A stretch of DNA of 64,000 nt, taken from NCBI GenBank assembly GCA_043228905.1, contig JBHGNT010000004.1:16306001-16370000 (forward strand), given 5' to 3'. Position 1 is the stretch's first letter. The number at the start of each line of letters is the position of its first letter. The DNA comes from Azolla caroliniana (Eukaryota > Plantae > Polypodiophyta). The notes under the pieces are model-generated. The model searched no databases. It saw only the letters and a list, made by a program, of their open reading frames with translations, and was not told the DNA's origin. Made by a program: the position numbers and the translations under genes. Positions 38,047-50,141 of the stretch are shown piece after piece.

Positions 38047-39255
38047 TGTCGCGAAAATTATGACGAGGATACGTGAACTTGAGGTAGGACCTCGGGGCCT
38101 CCGACGGGAAGATATCAGATTCGTGCGTTTATATTTTTAACAATTAACGGAAATAAGATATTTAATAATTTTCATTAACAAAGGAAAAGAAAGATTACAA
38201 TCAATCTCAAGATTGAGATTACAAAAAGTTTAGCTAATGGAGATTACTAGAGTAATAGATAAGAGGAAATTAAGATATGAATTCTATAGAAAATTAGGGT
38301 TTTTGGCTTCTGGAGGGAAAATTAGGGTTTTTGAGTATTATGGCTTCCATAGGGAAGATTAGGGTTTTTGAGTGTTGGGCTTCCGTAGTGAAGATTGTGG
38401 TTTACTTTAGAGTTATGGCTTCCCTAAGATAAGAGAGTTAAGAAGGAAAAGAAAAGAAATTTAAGATAATATGGTGAGAGCATGAGTATGGAGTTCCCCA
38501 TTGATCATATGCATGTCTACTTTTTGTTGCATGGCCTCTACTTTTAGTTGCATAGCTTTTTCTTTTAGTTGAATCTATTTTTAGTTGCATGGCTTTTTCT
38601 TTTAGTTGCATGCGATCGTCCACATGACCTTTACTTTAGTTTTCTTCACTTCACTTTAATTTGTTGCATGATCCAATCTTTTGTCCGTCCGCGTCCAACC
38701 TCGTCCGGTAACCGGTTCCGCACAATCGCCGAATCCCTCGCCGACCGATTCCATTTTGCTTGTGGGCCGGTTCCGGTTCCAGTTTTGCGTATCAGCTAGT
38801 TTCCGGTTTTGCATACCGGCCGGTTTCTGGTTTTGCTTTTCGGCCAGTTTCCGGGTTTGCTTGTCGGCCCGATTTCCGATTTTGCTTGCCGGCCCAATTC
38901 CGATTTTGCTTGCCAGACAGTTTCCGGTTTTGCTTGTCGGCCCGGTTTCTGGTTTTGCTTCCCAACCCGTTTCCGATTTTGCTTGTTGGCCCGTTTCCGG
39001 GTTTTGGGTACTTAGCCACCATTATCCATCAAGACAAAGTGGCCAAAGTGCTCTTAGCACAAATGAAAATGAGGGACTCAAGGTGCTTATATAGCTAGGG
39101 CCTTAAGTTTCCTATCTATGTGGGATAAATAATAGTTCTATTTTCCCTATCTTCTCAAACAACCATCTTCTATAACATGCCATTAAGCTAATATAAAGTA
39201 CTTATTTTATTATTTATTATTATTTTTTACATAGTGTGAGAAGATTTGCACGACA
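38047..39255. mobile_element. Solo Ty3/gypsy-type LTR (~1.2 kb) with 4-bp TSD ACGT and an internal ~21 bp tandem repeat (38750-39005)
   Basis: TGTCGCG...CACGACA termini with ACGT on both sides. Removing it restores the host integrase frame. Repeat unit resembles TTTCCGGTTTTGCTTGTCGGCCC. Confidence 0.85.
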
Positions 39256-40857
39256 ACGTTCACCTAGAAATGCATTAAACTCAGAAGACATATACTACCC
39301 CCCTCGATCTGAACGAAGGGTGCTCATTTTACATGTTGACCGATTTTCAGCCAAAGCTAGAAACTGTTTGAAGCACAGAAACACTTCGGACTTTGCCTTC
39401 AATGGATATACCCATGTATGCCTAGAAAAGTCATCAATGAAAGTCACGAAGTAAAGATAGTTGCCAAGAGAATGTGTTTGCATAGGACCAGAGACATCAC
39501 TATGAACAAGCTGCAATTTCTGTGTAGCTCTAATTGAACTAGCTTTTGGAAAGGATGGACATTGCATTTTGCCCAAAATACAACCTTCACAAACATGATT
39601 CCGAGGTGCCTCATGTTTGGGCAAGTAGGACACCATTTCATATTTCTACAGGCGATGAAAACTTGCAAAATTCAGATGACCAAAGCGTGCATGCCAAATC
39701 TTTGCATCTGAAATGGCCTGAGAATCCTGTATTGCACAGGCTGAATCGTTTATAGATCTTTCATAATCTACAAGCTTATATAGCCGACGACATAAAATGG
39801 CAGAAGCAATAATAACATCCCCATTGGATAGATCATGAACTGTACACTTGTCATCAACAAATTTAACAACCAAGCCAATCTTCGCTAATGCTGAAACTGA
39901 CAACATATTTTTCTTGATCCTTGGCAGAAACAAAGCATCTGACAAGATGAAAGGACTACCATCAACAATAGTCAAATTTATTTTACGAACACCCATAACT
40001 GGATAAGATGAGTTGTTGGCGCATGTGACAGTATTCCCTGTAGGGGCAGGTTTCAATGAAGTGAAGAAATTGAGCTGTGAGGTAATATGTTTGGTTGCCC
40101 CATTGTCCAAGTACCAAAGATTTGATTCTACAACAGACATACATTGTTCAAGTGAAGATGGGTCAAAACTGCAAATTGTAGTAAATGCCCATTCTTCATT
40201 CTGCACAAGATTTGCAGACTCTGTTTTCAGTGGAGAGACTTCTGCAACAACGAGTCCTGCCTCTTTTGCAACCAATTTTGGACATTTCTTTATAATATGA
40301 TTAGTTCCTTTACAATATTTGCAAAATAGATTTTGTTTCTGCTCTTGTTTTTTTCCATTCACTTGTGAAGTATTGGCAAGTCTCTGCTCGGTAGCATATG
40401 AGCTCCATTTACCTTTGCCCTTCTAACTAGCTAGGAGAGCTTAATCTACAACACGCATAATAGACCTATTTTTCCTAGACTGGTCTTCCTATAACAAAAT
40501 AGAGACTAACTCGAATGATAAGGCATTGGGATTACCTTTCATCATTAAAAGAAGAGTGGAAGCAAAACATTGATATGAATCAGAAGACCATTTAGAACGG
40601 TTTGCACAAGTGAACTATTTGATATCATTTCATCAGTAGAAATTAATTGTTCCTTTAGATCTTTGATTTTCATATGAAAATTGTCCATAATATCACCTTC
40701 ATTCATGTGCTCGCTCTCCAACTGTTTTCAGAGATAAGCAACATGAGCCTCATTTCTTGCTTGGTACAAAGTGGTAAGAGTATCCCAAGCATCCTTTGCT
40801 ATCTTGCAAGAGTGAATATGGGGAATAATGGCACATTTCACAGACAAAGCTATCAAA

Positions 40858-40989
40858 GCATGTGCTTGAGCATCTCTACCATCCCAACAAAGTTGCTCTG
40901 CATTTGGTACAACAAAAATTGCAGCATGTGCTTGAGCATCTCTACCATCCCAACAAAGTTGCTCTGCATTTGGTACAACAAAAATTGCA
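40858..40989. repeat. Exact 66-bp tandem duplication within copia gag
   Basis: gcatgtgcttgagcatctctaccatcccaacaaagttgctctgcatttggtacaacaaaaattgca occurs twice (22-aa duplication). Confidence 0.9.
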
Positions 40990-41036
40990 GCATGGGCATG
41001 AGCAAGATGATCAACATCCTCAATAGAATCAGTACC

Positions 41037-41077
<41 letters not shown>

Positions 41078-41342
41078 CAAGAAATGGAAATGAGATTATA
41101 TTATGAGGAAACAAGGTTACAAAGAGTAGGCTAAGGGCTAAAGACTGGTGTTGAACCGAATGAGTTGTGATGAATGAATAGACACCTATTTATAGGTCCT
41201 TATGAAGTATTCTAGAATGTTGTAAAATATTTTAGATATTTATGATATTTAATATAATCATGGAATATCCTAGAATGTTCTAGAATGCTCTAAATATCTT
41301 GTAATAACTAATAATATATTTATTATAACCATACATCATATA

Positions 41343-41410
41343 TGTTATTATAATGGTTAAAGGTCTAACATATAGACCAAGACGGCTTGGGCACAAATCC
41401 TTGTAAGGCC
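41343..41410 (+). other. tRNA-like Pol III module in LTR U3 (family B, 3' LTR)
   Basis: TATTATAATGGTTAAAGG...TTGGGCACAAATCCTTG. Confidence 0.5.
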
Positions 41411-42056
41411 AAAATTTATAGTCTTCATGATATTATCCCCCCTTTTTGGCGACGAGTTCCACGAGTCGGAAGATGAGATTTCAGACTTGGCGTATGGGGA
41501 TATTTGTTGTGAAACGCGACAACCATTTCGAAGGCATTAGCAAGATTCTCGAGAGGTTCCCATGCTTGACCAAATAAAACAGTTTGTTGCGAACAATCTT
41601 GGAGTCGAGAATGGCAACAACTTCATATTCGGAGCCATCTGAAACTTCGATTGGAGGTGGGGGAGATGTAAGACGGCATGGAATAGAGCTGGTTGTGTAC
41701 GAATCCAAAAGTGAAACATGGAAGACCGGGTGAAGATGCATATAAGGGGGAAGATCAAGGCGAAATGGCACATCATTGATCTTACTAGATATCACATATG
41801 GGCGAAAACGTTGATAATCCAATTTGAAGCAACGTCGGGTTATTTTAATGCGACCTTGTAAAAGCCATACTCGATCTCCCACTTGAAATGTAGTCGATGA
41901 ATCACGTCGATGACGGTCGACAACCTTCTTTTGAGTGTTTTGAGCATCACATAAATGGTGCAAAAGGATATCTTGAACTTCTTGGAGTCGGGTGAGCCGA
42001 TCTTCAGCAGCCGGGTTTGTCGGGAGTTCAGGATGTTCAACCATAGTCCAACGAGG

Positions 42057-42328
42057 TGTCAAGAACTACATGCTCCTAATGAACAATGCTAGGCCAAAAC
42101 CAAGCTTAGAATCAAACACAAAAAACGGGAATGAATGCACGACACAATGGAGAGAAGAGTACACAGGATGTCTACGTGGAAAACCCAAACACGGGAAAAA
42201 CCACGACAGTCCACTGACAGCTAACTATCACTATGTAACAATATACAGTAGATGAATACAGAGGCAACGACCTCTTGTTCACTGTCTTCGCCACGGGTGG
42301 CGGTTACAATAGAGATACGAACTCTTCG

Positions 42329-42370
<42 letters not shown>

Positions 42371-45300
42371 CATTGTTGCGCTCTAATCTTACACCAAATA
42401 GAATGATAGCAACAATACTAAGTTTGCCCTAAGTCATATTTATACTAATATGACTTTTCGGCTATTTACAAATATAGCCCCGATGGACTCTCAGAAACAT
42501 ATTTACGAATATGTCCCTTCAGTCGGTGAGCACTCCTCACCGGGCCTGCATCATCCGGCGCTTGCCGGGCACACGTCATCCGGTTCTCACCGGGTCTTCC
42601 GTTGCCGGGTACTTCTCATCCGGGTCTTCCGTTGTCGGGTACTCCACATCCGGTTCTCACCGGGTCTTCACCATCCGGCTCTTGCCGGGTACTCGTCATC
42701 CGGCTCTCACCGGGTCTTCCGTTGCCGGGTACTCCACATCCGGATTTGGCCTCGGCCGAGTTTCTCATCAACAATGTTCTTCTCACTTCCCATCCGGAGG
42801 GACTTGTCTCCTAACAAACTCCCCCTTCACTCCGGCATGGGATGTCTTACTAATTCCATCTGCTTCCGGCATGCATCCAACTTGTCGGGTATCAGTACTT
42901 TGGTCAGCATATCTGACCCGTTCTCGGCCGTGTGGATCTTCGTTAGCGCGAACTCCTGGTCATCTACTCTTTCCCGGATCCAGTGATATCTTCACTGGAT
43001 ATGCTTTGTCTGGGAATGGTAGGCCGCATTCTTAGCAAGGTGGATGACAATTTGACTGTCGCAATAGAGCCGGTATTCATCTTGTCGGAACCGAGCTCTC
43101 CGATGAAGTCCTTCATCCATAATATTTCCTTGCCGGCTTCCACCGCCGCCATGTACTCCGCCTTCGTGGTTGACAACGCAACCGTCTTCTGTAGCCTCGA
43201 CTGCCACGAAACAACTCCCCCTACATATATCATTACATACCCGGATGTAGACCAGCTGGTATCCACATCAGCCGACATGTCCGAATCGGTAAAACCGTCA
43301 AGTTGAGGTTTTCCGGGGCCGCATCGGAGACACATGTTCGAAGTGCCCTTCAAGTACCGGAGTATCCATTTGACCGCGTTCCAGTGCTCCTTGCCGGGAT
43401 TGCTCACAAACCGGCTCACCATTCCGACTGCGTATCCTATATCTAGTCGGGTACACACCATTGCGTACATTAAGCTCCCGACGGTAGAGGCATATGGAAC
43501 CTTCATCATATCAGCCTTCTCTGCTTTTGTCTTCGGACTTTGCTTACCGGATAATCTGCAGTTTGCCGGGAGTGTCGATCCGACTGGTTTCGCTTCTAAC
43601 ATGTTGAACCATTGAAGCACCTTTGTCACGTACTTCTCCTGTGACAGCCACAATTGCTCCGTTGGCTGGTTCCGGATGATATGCATCCCCAGCATCTGTC
43701 TTGCCGGACCCAAGTCTTTCATTGCGAAAGTTCGGTTGACAGCCTTCTTCAGCATCCGTATTCTGGCTTGGTCCCATCCGACGATCAACATGTCATCCAC
43801 GTATAGAAGGAGTATCAGGAAGTCGCCTCCTTCGAACTTCTTCACAAACACGCAGTGATCGGCCTGCGTCTTGTGGTACCCTTGATCGGTCATGAAGGAG
43901 TCGAACTTCCAGTACCATTGTCGGGGAGCCTGCTTCAGTCCGTATAGGCTCTTTCTTCAGCCAGCATACTAGGTGCTCCTTCCCTTTCTCCACGAATCCT
44001 TCCGGTTGCTGCATGTAGATCTCCTCTTCGAGGTCACCTTGAAGGAATGTCGTCTTCACGTCTAGCTGCTCGACCTCAAGGTCCATGCTTGCCGCTATAC
44101 TCAGCACCGTCCGGATGGAGGTCATCTTTACTACCGGGGCAAATATCTCGTCGAAGTCCACGCCCTTCTTCTGTTGGAACCCCTTCACCGCAATCCTGAC
44201 TTTATATCTCAGGGGGTTGCCAGCATCTCCCGGTTTCAACTTGTACACCCACTTGTTTCGGAGTGCCCGCTTTCCTTTCGGCAACTCCACCAATTCGTAT
44301 GTATGGTTCTCATGCAGGGAATCCATCTCATCCTGCATGGCAGTTAACCATTTGCGGTTGTGGGTGTCATCCTTCGCTTCTTCGAAGCTTTCCGGCTCCC
44401 CCTCATCGGATAGCAGCACATGCTATGCGTCCGGAAATCTCTGGGGGGGCCTTCTCTCTCTGAGAGGATATCTCCGTCTTTTGGCTTCAGTAACCGGCTC
44501 CTCCATTTGCTCGTCATCCGAATCCAATTCGGGGTCTTGGCTGGTTCCGGTTTCAGCTTCCTCTACTTCTTCTTCTGCCGGTTCGGTATCCTCACCGTAA
44601 CCGGCTGGTTCCTCGAGTGTTAACCGGTCTCTTGCCGGTTGGGTCTGCTCATCGTAGAATCGATCCTTACCAGTCGACTCGGGGTTCATTATCTTCTTCT
44701 CCGACTCCCAGTCGGCTAGCGTCTTGTCCTCCATGAAGATAATATCTCGACTCTGGAATACCTTCTTGTCGACCAGGTCCCACACTCGGTAGCCGAACTC
44801 ATCGTCGTCGTAACCGAGGAATATGCATGGCCGGGTCTTCGGATCAAGTTTTCCTCTCCGGTCCTTAGCTACATGCACATACTCAAGACACCCGAATACC
44901 TTCAGATGCTAGTAGGACACTTCCTTACCGGTCCAGACTCTCTGTGGCGTGTCTCCATCCAAGGGTACTGAGGGTGATCTGTTTATCACATATGTCGCCG
45001 TCGACAGTGCCTCAGCCCAAAACTTCTTGGGTAGTTTTGCATGCGCCAACATACTCCCGACCCTCTCCATTATGGTCCGGTTCATCCTCTCGGCCATCCC
45101 GTTTAGTTCCGGCGTCTTCAGCACGGTAAATTCGAGCCGGATTCCCTTCGAGCGACAATACTCCTCAAACTGCCTCCGGTATTCACCTTCGTTATCTGCT
45201 CGAACCGCCTTCAGCTTCCGGCCGGTTTCTCTTTCCACTCACGCGTGGAGCTCTTTGAAGACGAATAACACCTGATCCTTCTTTTTCAACGGTGTGGCCC

Positions 45301-47172
45301 ACAGCTTTCGGCTGTGGTCATCTATGAACGTCACGAAGTACTGCGATCCGGCATGTGACTTCGTGTCCACTTGACATACATCAGTATGCACCAACTCCAG
45401 TGGTGCATTACGTCTCATCGGTGGCCTCAATCGGAAGGAGTTCTGGTTTTGTTTACCGGCCAGACAATCAATGCACTTCTCCAAGTGCACGTTCTTCACT
45501 GGAATGAGGTTGTCGTCTGCAAGCCTCTTCATCCCCTTCTCGTTCATGTGACACAGCCTCTTGTGCCACAACTCACCGGTAGTGTCGGATGCTACGTTCA
45601 CTTCTTCCATGCATAACCGGGCATTCATCAGGTACATCATGTTTACCTTCTAGGCCCGAGCCACAATCAGGCTCCCTTTGCTGAACTTCATAACACCGTT
45701 CCGGATGCTACCCATGTAGCCTTCATCATCTAGCCGACCGGCTGATATCAGGTTCAGACGAACCTCCGGAACGTGTCGGACATCCTTCAGCAGCAACATG
45801 CATCCAGTTGGTGTTGTCAACCACATGTCTCCTATGCCGACAATTCGGCATGTACCTTCATTCCCCATCCGGACACAGCCATGATCACCGGCTGAGTAGG
45901 ATGAGAAGTATTTCCGGTCCGGGGTAAGGTGGAACGACGCTCCGGAGTCGACCACCCAGGTCATCTCGTCGCTGGCAAGGTTTAGCTCACTCTCCTCGGT
46001 GATGAGCATCAACTCTTCTTCACTTGCCGCGATTGCCGTCGTTCCCTTCCGGTCCGGCCCCCTCTGTCTTTATCGTTCCGGTCCGGTGTCCGCTTCAAAT
46101 CGGTACCGTCGGTTTCCTTGTCTTTCCGGAAATGCCGATAGTTCTTCTGGAAGTGTCCCGGCTTGCCGCAATAGAAGCAAGTAGGCCTCCCTTGACTTTC
46201 ACCGTGTCCCCGACTTTTCCCGGTTCTTGGGGCTACGGTTCCTTTGTCTTCCGCATTCCGACTCGGTGAGGAGTGCTTTGGAGTCGGAGCTCGTATCCTT
46301 ATCTTTCCGACGCGCCTCCTCATCTAGCAAGCTCGACTTTACTCTTGCTAGGGCTAACCGTTTCCCTTCCGGCCCAGCGTTGCCGAAAGTGACAACCAAC
46401 ATCTCTCAGCTATCTGGGAGGGAACCGAGCAGGAGTAGCGCTAGTACCTCATCGGCGAGAGGTACTTCCAATGATGTTGCCTAGTGGATCAGCCCCTGGA
46501 AGGCATTCATGTGCTCCACCATGCTGGAGCCATCTTGGTAATGGAGTCTTACTAGCTTCCGAAATACCGAAACCTGATTAACAACATTTTTGTTCTGAAA
46601 CATAATGCCGATCTTTTCCCAGAGCTCATGACACTTGCTCTCTTCATTGAAGTTGTTGTATAGACTCATGTCGATGAAACACCGTATGTATGTCGTTGTC
46701 TTCATGTGCATCACCTCCCATATCGTGGTGTCGATTTTGTCCGGTCTCTTGTCCCCGAACTGAACCAGCAACCAAAGATCTTTAACCACAAGCATGTCCC
46801 TCATCTTTGACTTCCACACTGAATAGTTGGAGCCGGTGAGCTTGAACATGCCGCCCAACGATTCGTCCATTTTCTGTGGTGTTTCGCTCTGATACCACTT
46901 TGTCAAGAACTACACGCTCCCGATGAACAACGCTCGGCCACAACCAAGCTTAGAATCAAACACAGAAAACGGGAATGAATGCACGACACAATGGAGAGAA
47001 GAGTACACAGGATGTTTACGTGGAAAACCCAAACACAAGAAAAACCACGGCAGTCCATTGACAACTAACTATCACTATGTAACAATATACAATAGATGAA
47101 TACAGAGGCAACGACCTCTTATTCACTGTCTTCGCCACAGGCGGCGGTTACAACAGAGATATGAACTCTTCG

Positions 47173-47210
<38 letters not shown>

Positions 47211-47666
47211 CATTGTTGCACTCTAATCTTATGCCAAAAAGAATGACAACAACAGTACTAAGTTTGCCCTAAGTCATATTTATACTAATATGACTTTTCG
47301 GCTATTTACAAATATAGCCCTGATGGACTCTCAGAAACATATTTACGAATATGTCCCTTCATCCGGTGAGCACTCCTCACCGGACCTGCATCATTCAGCG
47401 CTTGCCGAGCACACGACATCCGGTTCTCACCGGGTCTTCCATTGTCGGGTACTCCTCATCTGGTTCTCACCGGGTCTTCCGTTGTCGGGTACTCCACATC
47501 CGGTTCTCACCGGGTCTTCACCATTCGGCTCTTGTCGGGTACTCATCATCCGGCTCTCACCGGGTCTTCCGTTGTCGGGTACTCCACATCCGGATTCGGC
47601 CTCGACCGAGTTGCTCATCAACACTGTTCTTCTCACTTCCCATATGGAGGGACCTGTCTCCTAACA
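42057..47666 (-). mobile_element. Full-length decayed Ty1/copia element (5' LTR 47666-46901, PBS tRNA-iMet, gag-pol ~46870-42830, 3' LTR 42816-42057), TSD CGAGG
   Basis: PBS TGGTATCAGAG; PPT GAAGGGGGAG; CFYCGKPGH, WVVDSGASFH, VHTDVC..FIDDHSR, LYVDDML, WQSRLQ. Perfect TSD CGAGG at 42052-42056 and 47667-47671. CCGG-rich tandem repeats in U3. Confidence 0.95.
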
Positions 47667-47711
47667 CGAGGATGGTACCCAATGTTTGCAAAAAATGGGG
47701 AATATCCAATA

Positions 47712-48435
47712 TGACAAGAACTACATGCTCCGATGAACAGCGCTCGGCCACAACCGAGCCTAGAATCAAACACAGAAAACAAGGAATGAAAGCACAACAC
47801 AATAGAGAGAAGAGTACACAGGATGTTTACGTGGAAAACCCAAACTTGGGAAAAAACCACGGCAACCCATAGACCGCAAACTATCACTATATCATAATGT
47901 ACAATAGAAAAGCACCGAGGCCACGACCTCGAGCTTGCTATCTTCGCCATAGGCGGCGGTTACAACAGAGGCAACGACCTCTTCCTCTCTCTCACTCTCT
48001 CTGTACACTGTTACACGCTCTAATCTTACACCAACAAGAATGACAACAACTATCTACTGAGTTTGCCCTAAATCATATTTATACTAATATGACTTTTCGG
48101 CTATTTACAAATATAGTCCCGATGGACTCTCAGAAACATATTTACGAATATGTCCCTGCATCCGGTGAGCACTCCTCACCGGGTCTTCACCATCCGGCTC
48201 TTGCTGGGTACTCGTCATCCGGTTCTCACCGGGTCCTCCGTAGCCGGGTACTCGTCATCTGGCGCTTGCCGGGTACACCACATCCGGTTATCACCGAGTC
48301 CTCCGTAGCCGGGTACTCGTCACCTGGCGTTTGCCGGGTACACCACATCCGGTTCTCATCAGGTCTTCCGTTTCCGGGTACTCCTCATCCAGTTCTCACC
48401 GGGTCTTCCCATCTGGAGGGACCTGTTTCCTAACA
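47712..48435 (-). mobile_element. Solo LTR of a closely related copia subfamily, TSD CAATA
   Basis: Homologous to the LTRs of 42057-47666, with CAATA at 47707-47711 and 48436-48440. Confidence 0.92.
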
Positions 48436-49660
48436 CAATAGAAGAATGTTCTGAGTTGTTGTAAGCAAATTCCGCCAAATGTAATAGATCAACCCAATCA
48501 TCTTGTTGATAGTTGACAAAACAACGAAGATATTGTTCTACTGTTTGGTTGGTGCGCTCACTCTGCCCATTAGTTTCTGGATGGTAGCTGGAAGAGAGTT
48601 TGCAAGAAGTATGTAAGAGTTTGAACATGTGCCGCCAAAATAATGAGATGAACTAGGGACCCTAATCACTGATAATATCATTAGGAAGACCATGATGCCG
48701 AAACACCTCTCGCATGAGTAACTCGGTTGTCTCTTGGCTCGTAATGGCCTTTGTGTAGGGAAGAAAATGTGCCATCTTGGTAAAACGATAGATACTACCG
48801 TGAGAATAGAATCAAAACCCTTGGAAGGTGGTATATCCGTAATGAAGTCCAATGAAATAGATTTCCATGGACTCTCAGGAATAGGCATTGGCTGTAATAA
48901 ACCATATGGATGATGTCGAGGTTTTTTGGATCGGCAACATGTATCACAACTACGAACATAATCCATAACAAAATGGCGAAGTTGTGGCCACCAATACCTT
49001 CGAGAAATTAATGCCAAAGTCTTTTGGATACCAAAATGTCCAGCCATTGGTGTGTCATGACATTATTGCAAGACTTGGAGTCGAGAAGGACCATCAAGCA
49101 CATATAAGAGATTTTGTCGAAAAAGTAAACCATCATGCCAATTGAACTGGTTGTAGTCTTGATAATGATTTTGAGATTGTGAACAAGAAGTACGATCTGG
49201 GATAATATGGTTCAGAATGTCTTGGGTGAATTCATCAGTCTCAATATGCTCCCGAATGGAGTCCAGAAGACTTGAATCCTCGGGTGTGTCTATAGCATGA
49301 AATGCCATTAGTCATAGATGGTCAGGACCCAAGAGGATTTGCTTCTGACTTTCAAATGCAATCTCTCCTGGTTAAAGTTCCATATACGAACGTTGAGATA
49401 AAGCATCTACTTTTCCTTGTTGCATCCCAGGGCGATATAGAATTACGAAATCAAAATGAGTTAAGAACTGCGCCCAATGAGCTTGTTGACGACTCAAGAT
49501 TCGAGCACTTCGGAAATACGTTAGATTTTTTTGATCATTATAGACAATGATTTGTTGAGACGAACCCTCCAAAAAATGACGCCATTGTTGAAAAGAATCC
49601 ACAATGGCAAGAAGCTCTTTGTCCTGAATCTCATAGTTGATTTCTATGGCTTCGAATTTT

Positions 49661-50141
49661 GATCATTATTTATTTATTAATTTGGTCGCTGGATGCCGCC
49701 TCGCCGGACTTGCCAGCTCCGTTGGATGCCGATTGTCGGTTACCATCCAGTTTCGTTTTGGTTAGCCAAAACCTTTACGAGTGGCTAGGCCACCTCCACT
49801 CTTAGTTCAAGTTACCTTGAACTCTCTATGCTCCACACATAAACACAAAGATAATAACTTTCGCTCTACGTTATATATGGTGAGAGCCTTATTCGTCCTA
49901 TCTATGTGGGATATCTCACAATTTTCTTTTTTTCTTTTGCAACTTCTTACCCACATAAGTTGACACTTAGATGTTTGTTTCTTATGTAGTAAAGTGCATC
50001 TCTTCAAGATCTACGTCTTTTGTACAAAGATATTAAATTTACTTAGAATTAGTATATTCATTATTATTGTTTTATATAATTGACACTTGATTTCGTAAGT
50101 CTTATGTGATTTTCACACCATTGCAGAAAATCTTCACGACA
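49661..50141 (-). mobile_element. Truncated LTR fragment inserted in the chromovirus RNase H
   Basis: Starts TGTCGTGAAGATTTTC, the same start as the LTR at 3497. The host reads ..ALGSI| insert |KFEAIEINYEI with the intervening RNase H residues missing. Confidence 0.7.

Larger units (their letters stand above)
38007..41040 (-). mobile_element. Ty1/copia internal remnant (gag, zinc knuckle, protease, integrase), interrupted by a solo LTR
   Basis: CKYCKGTNHIIKKC; WYLDNGATKHIT; WHARFGH; VHSDVSGP..FIDDFSRHTW..SDRGG. The frame continues across the solo LTR as GER|GIKHQ. Confidence 0.85.

Noticed and set aside
38750-39005. CRISPR-like appearance of short repeat arrays (also 11560-11830, 61013-61143)
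   Set aside because: These are head-to-tail degenerate repeats without unique spacers, in a eukaryotic TE context.
42450-43035. ORFs of 170-180 aa over the copia LTR (also 47290-47872, 38681-39098, 28448-29500)
   Set aside because: They arise from GC-rich tandem repeats or are antisense shadows of pol.
42057-48435. Single three-LTR tandem element
   Set aside because: Two distinct TSD pairs and intervening host integrase sequence show two separate insertions.
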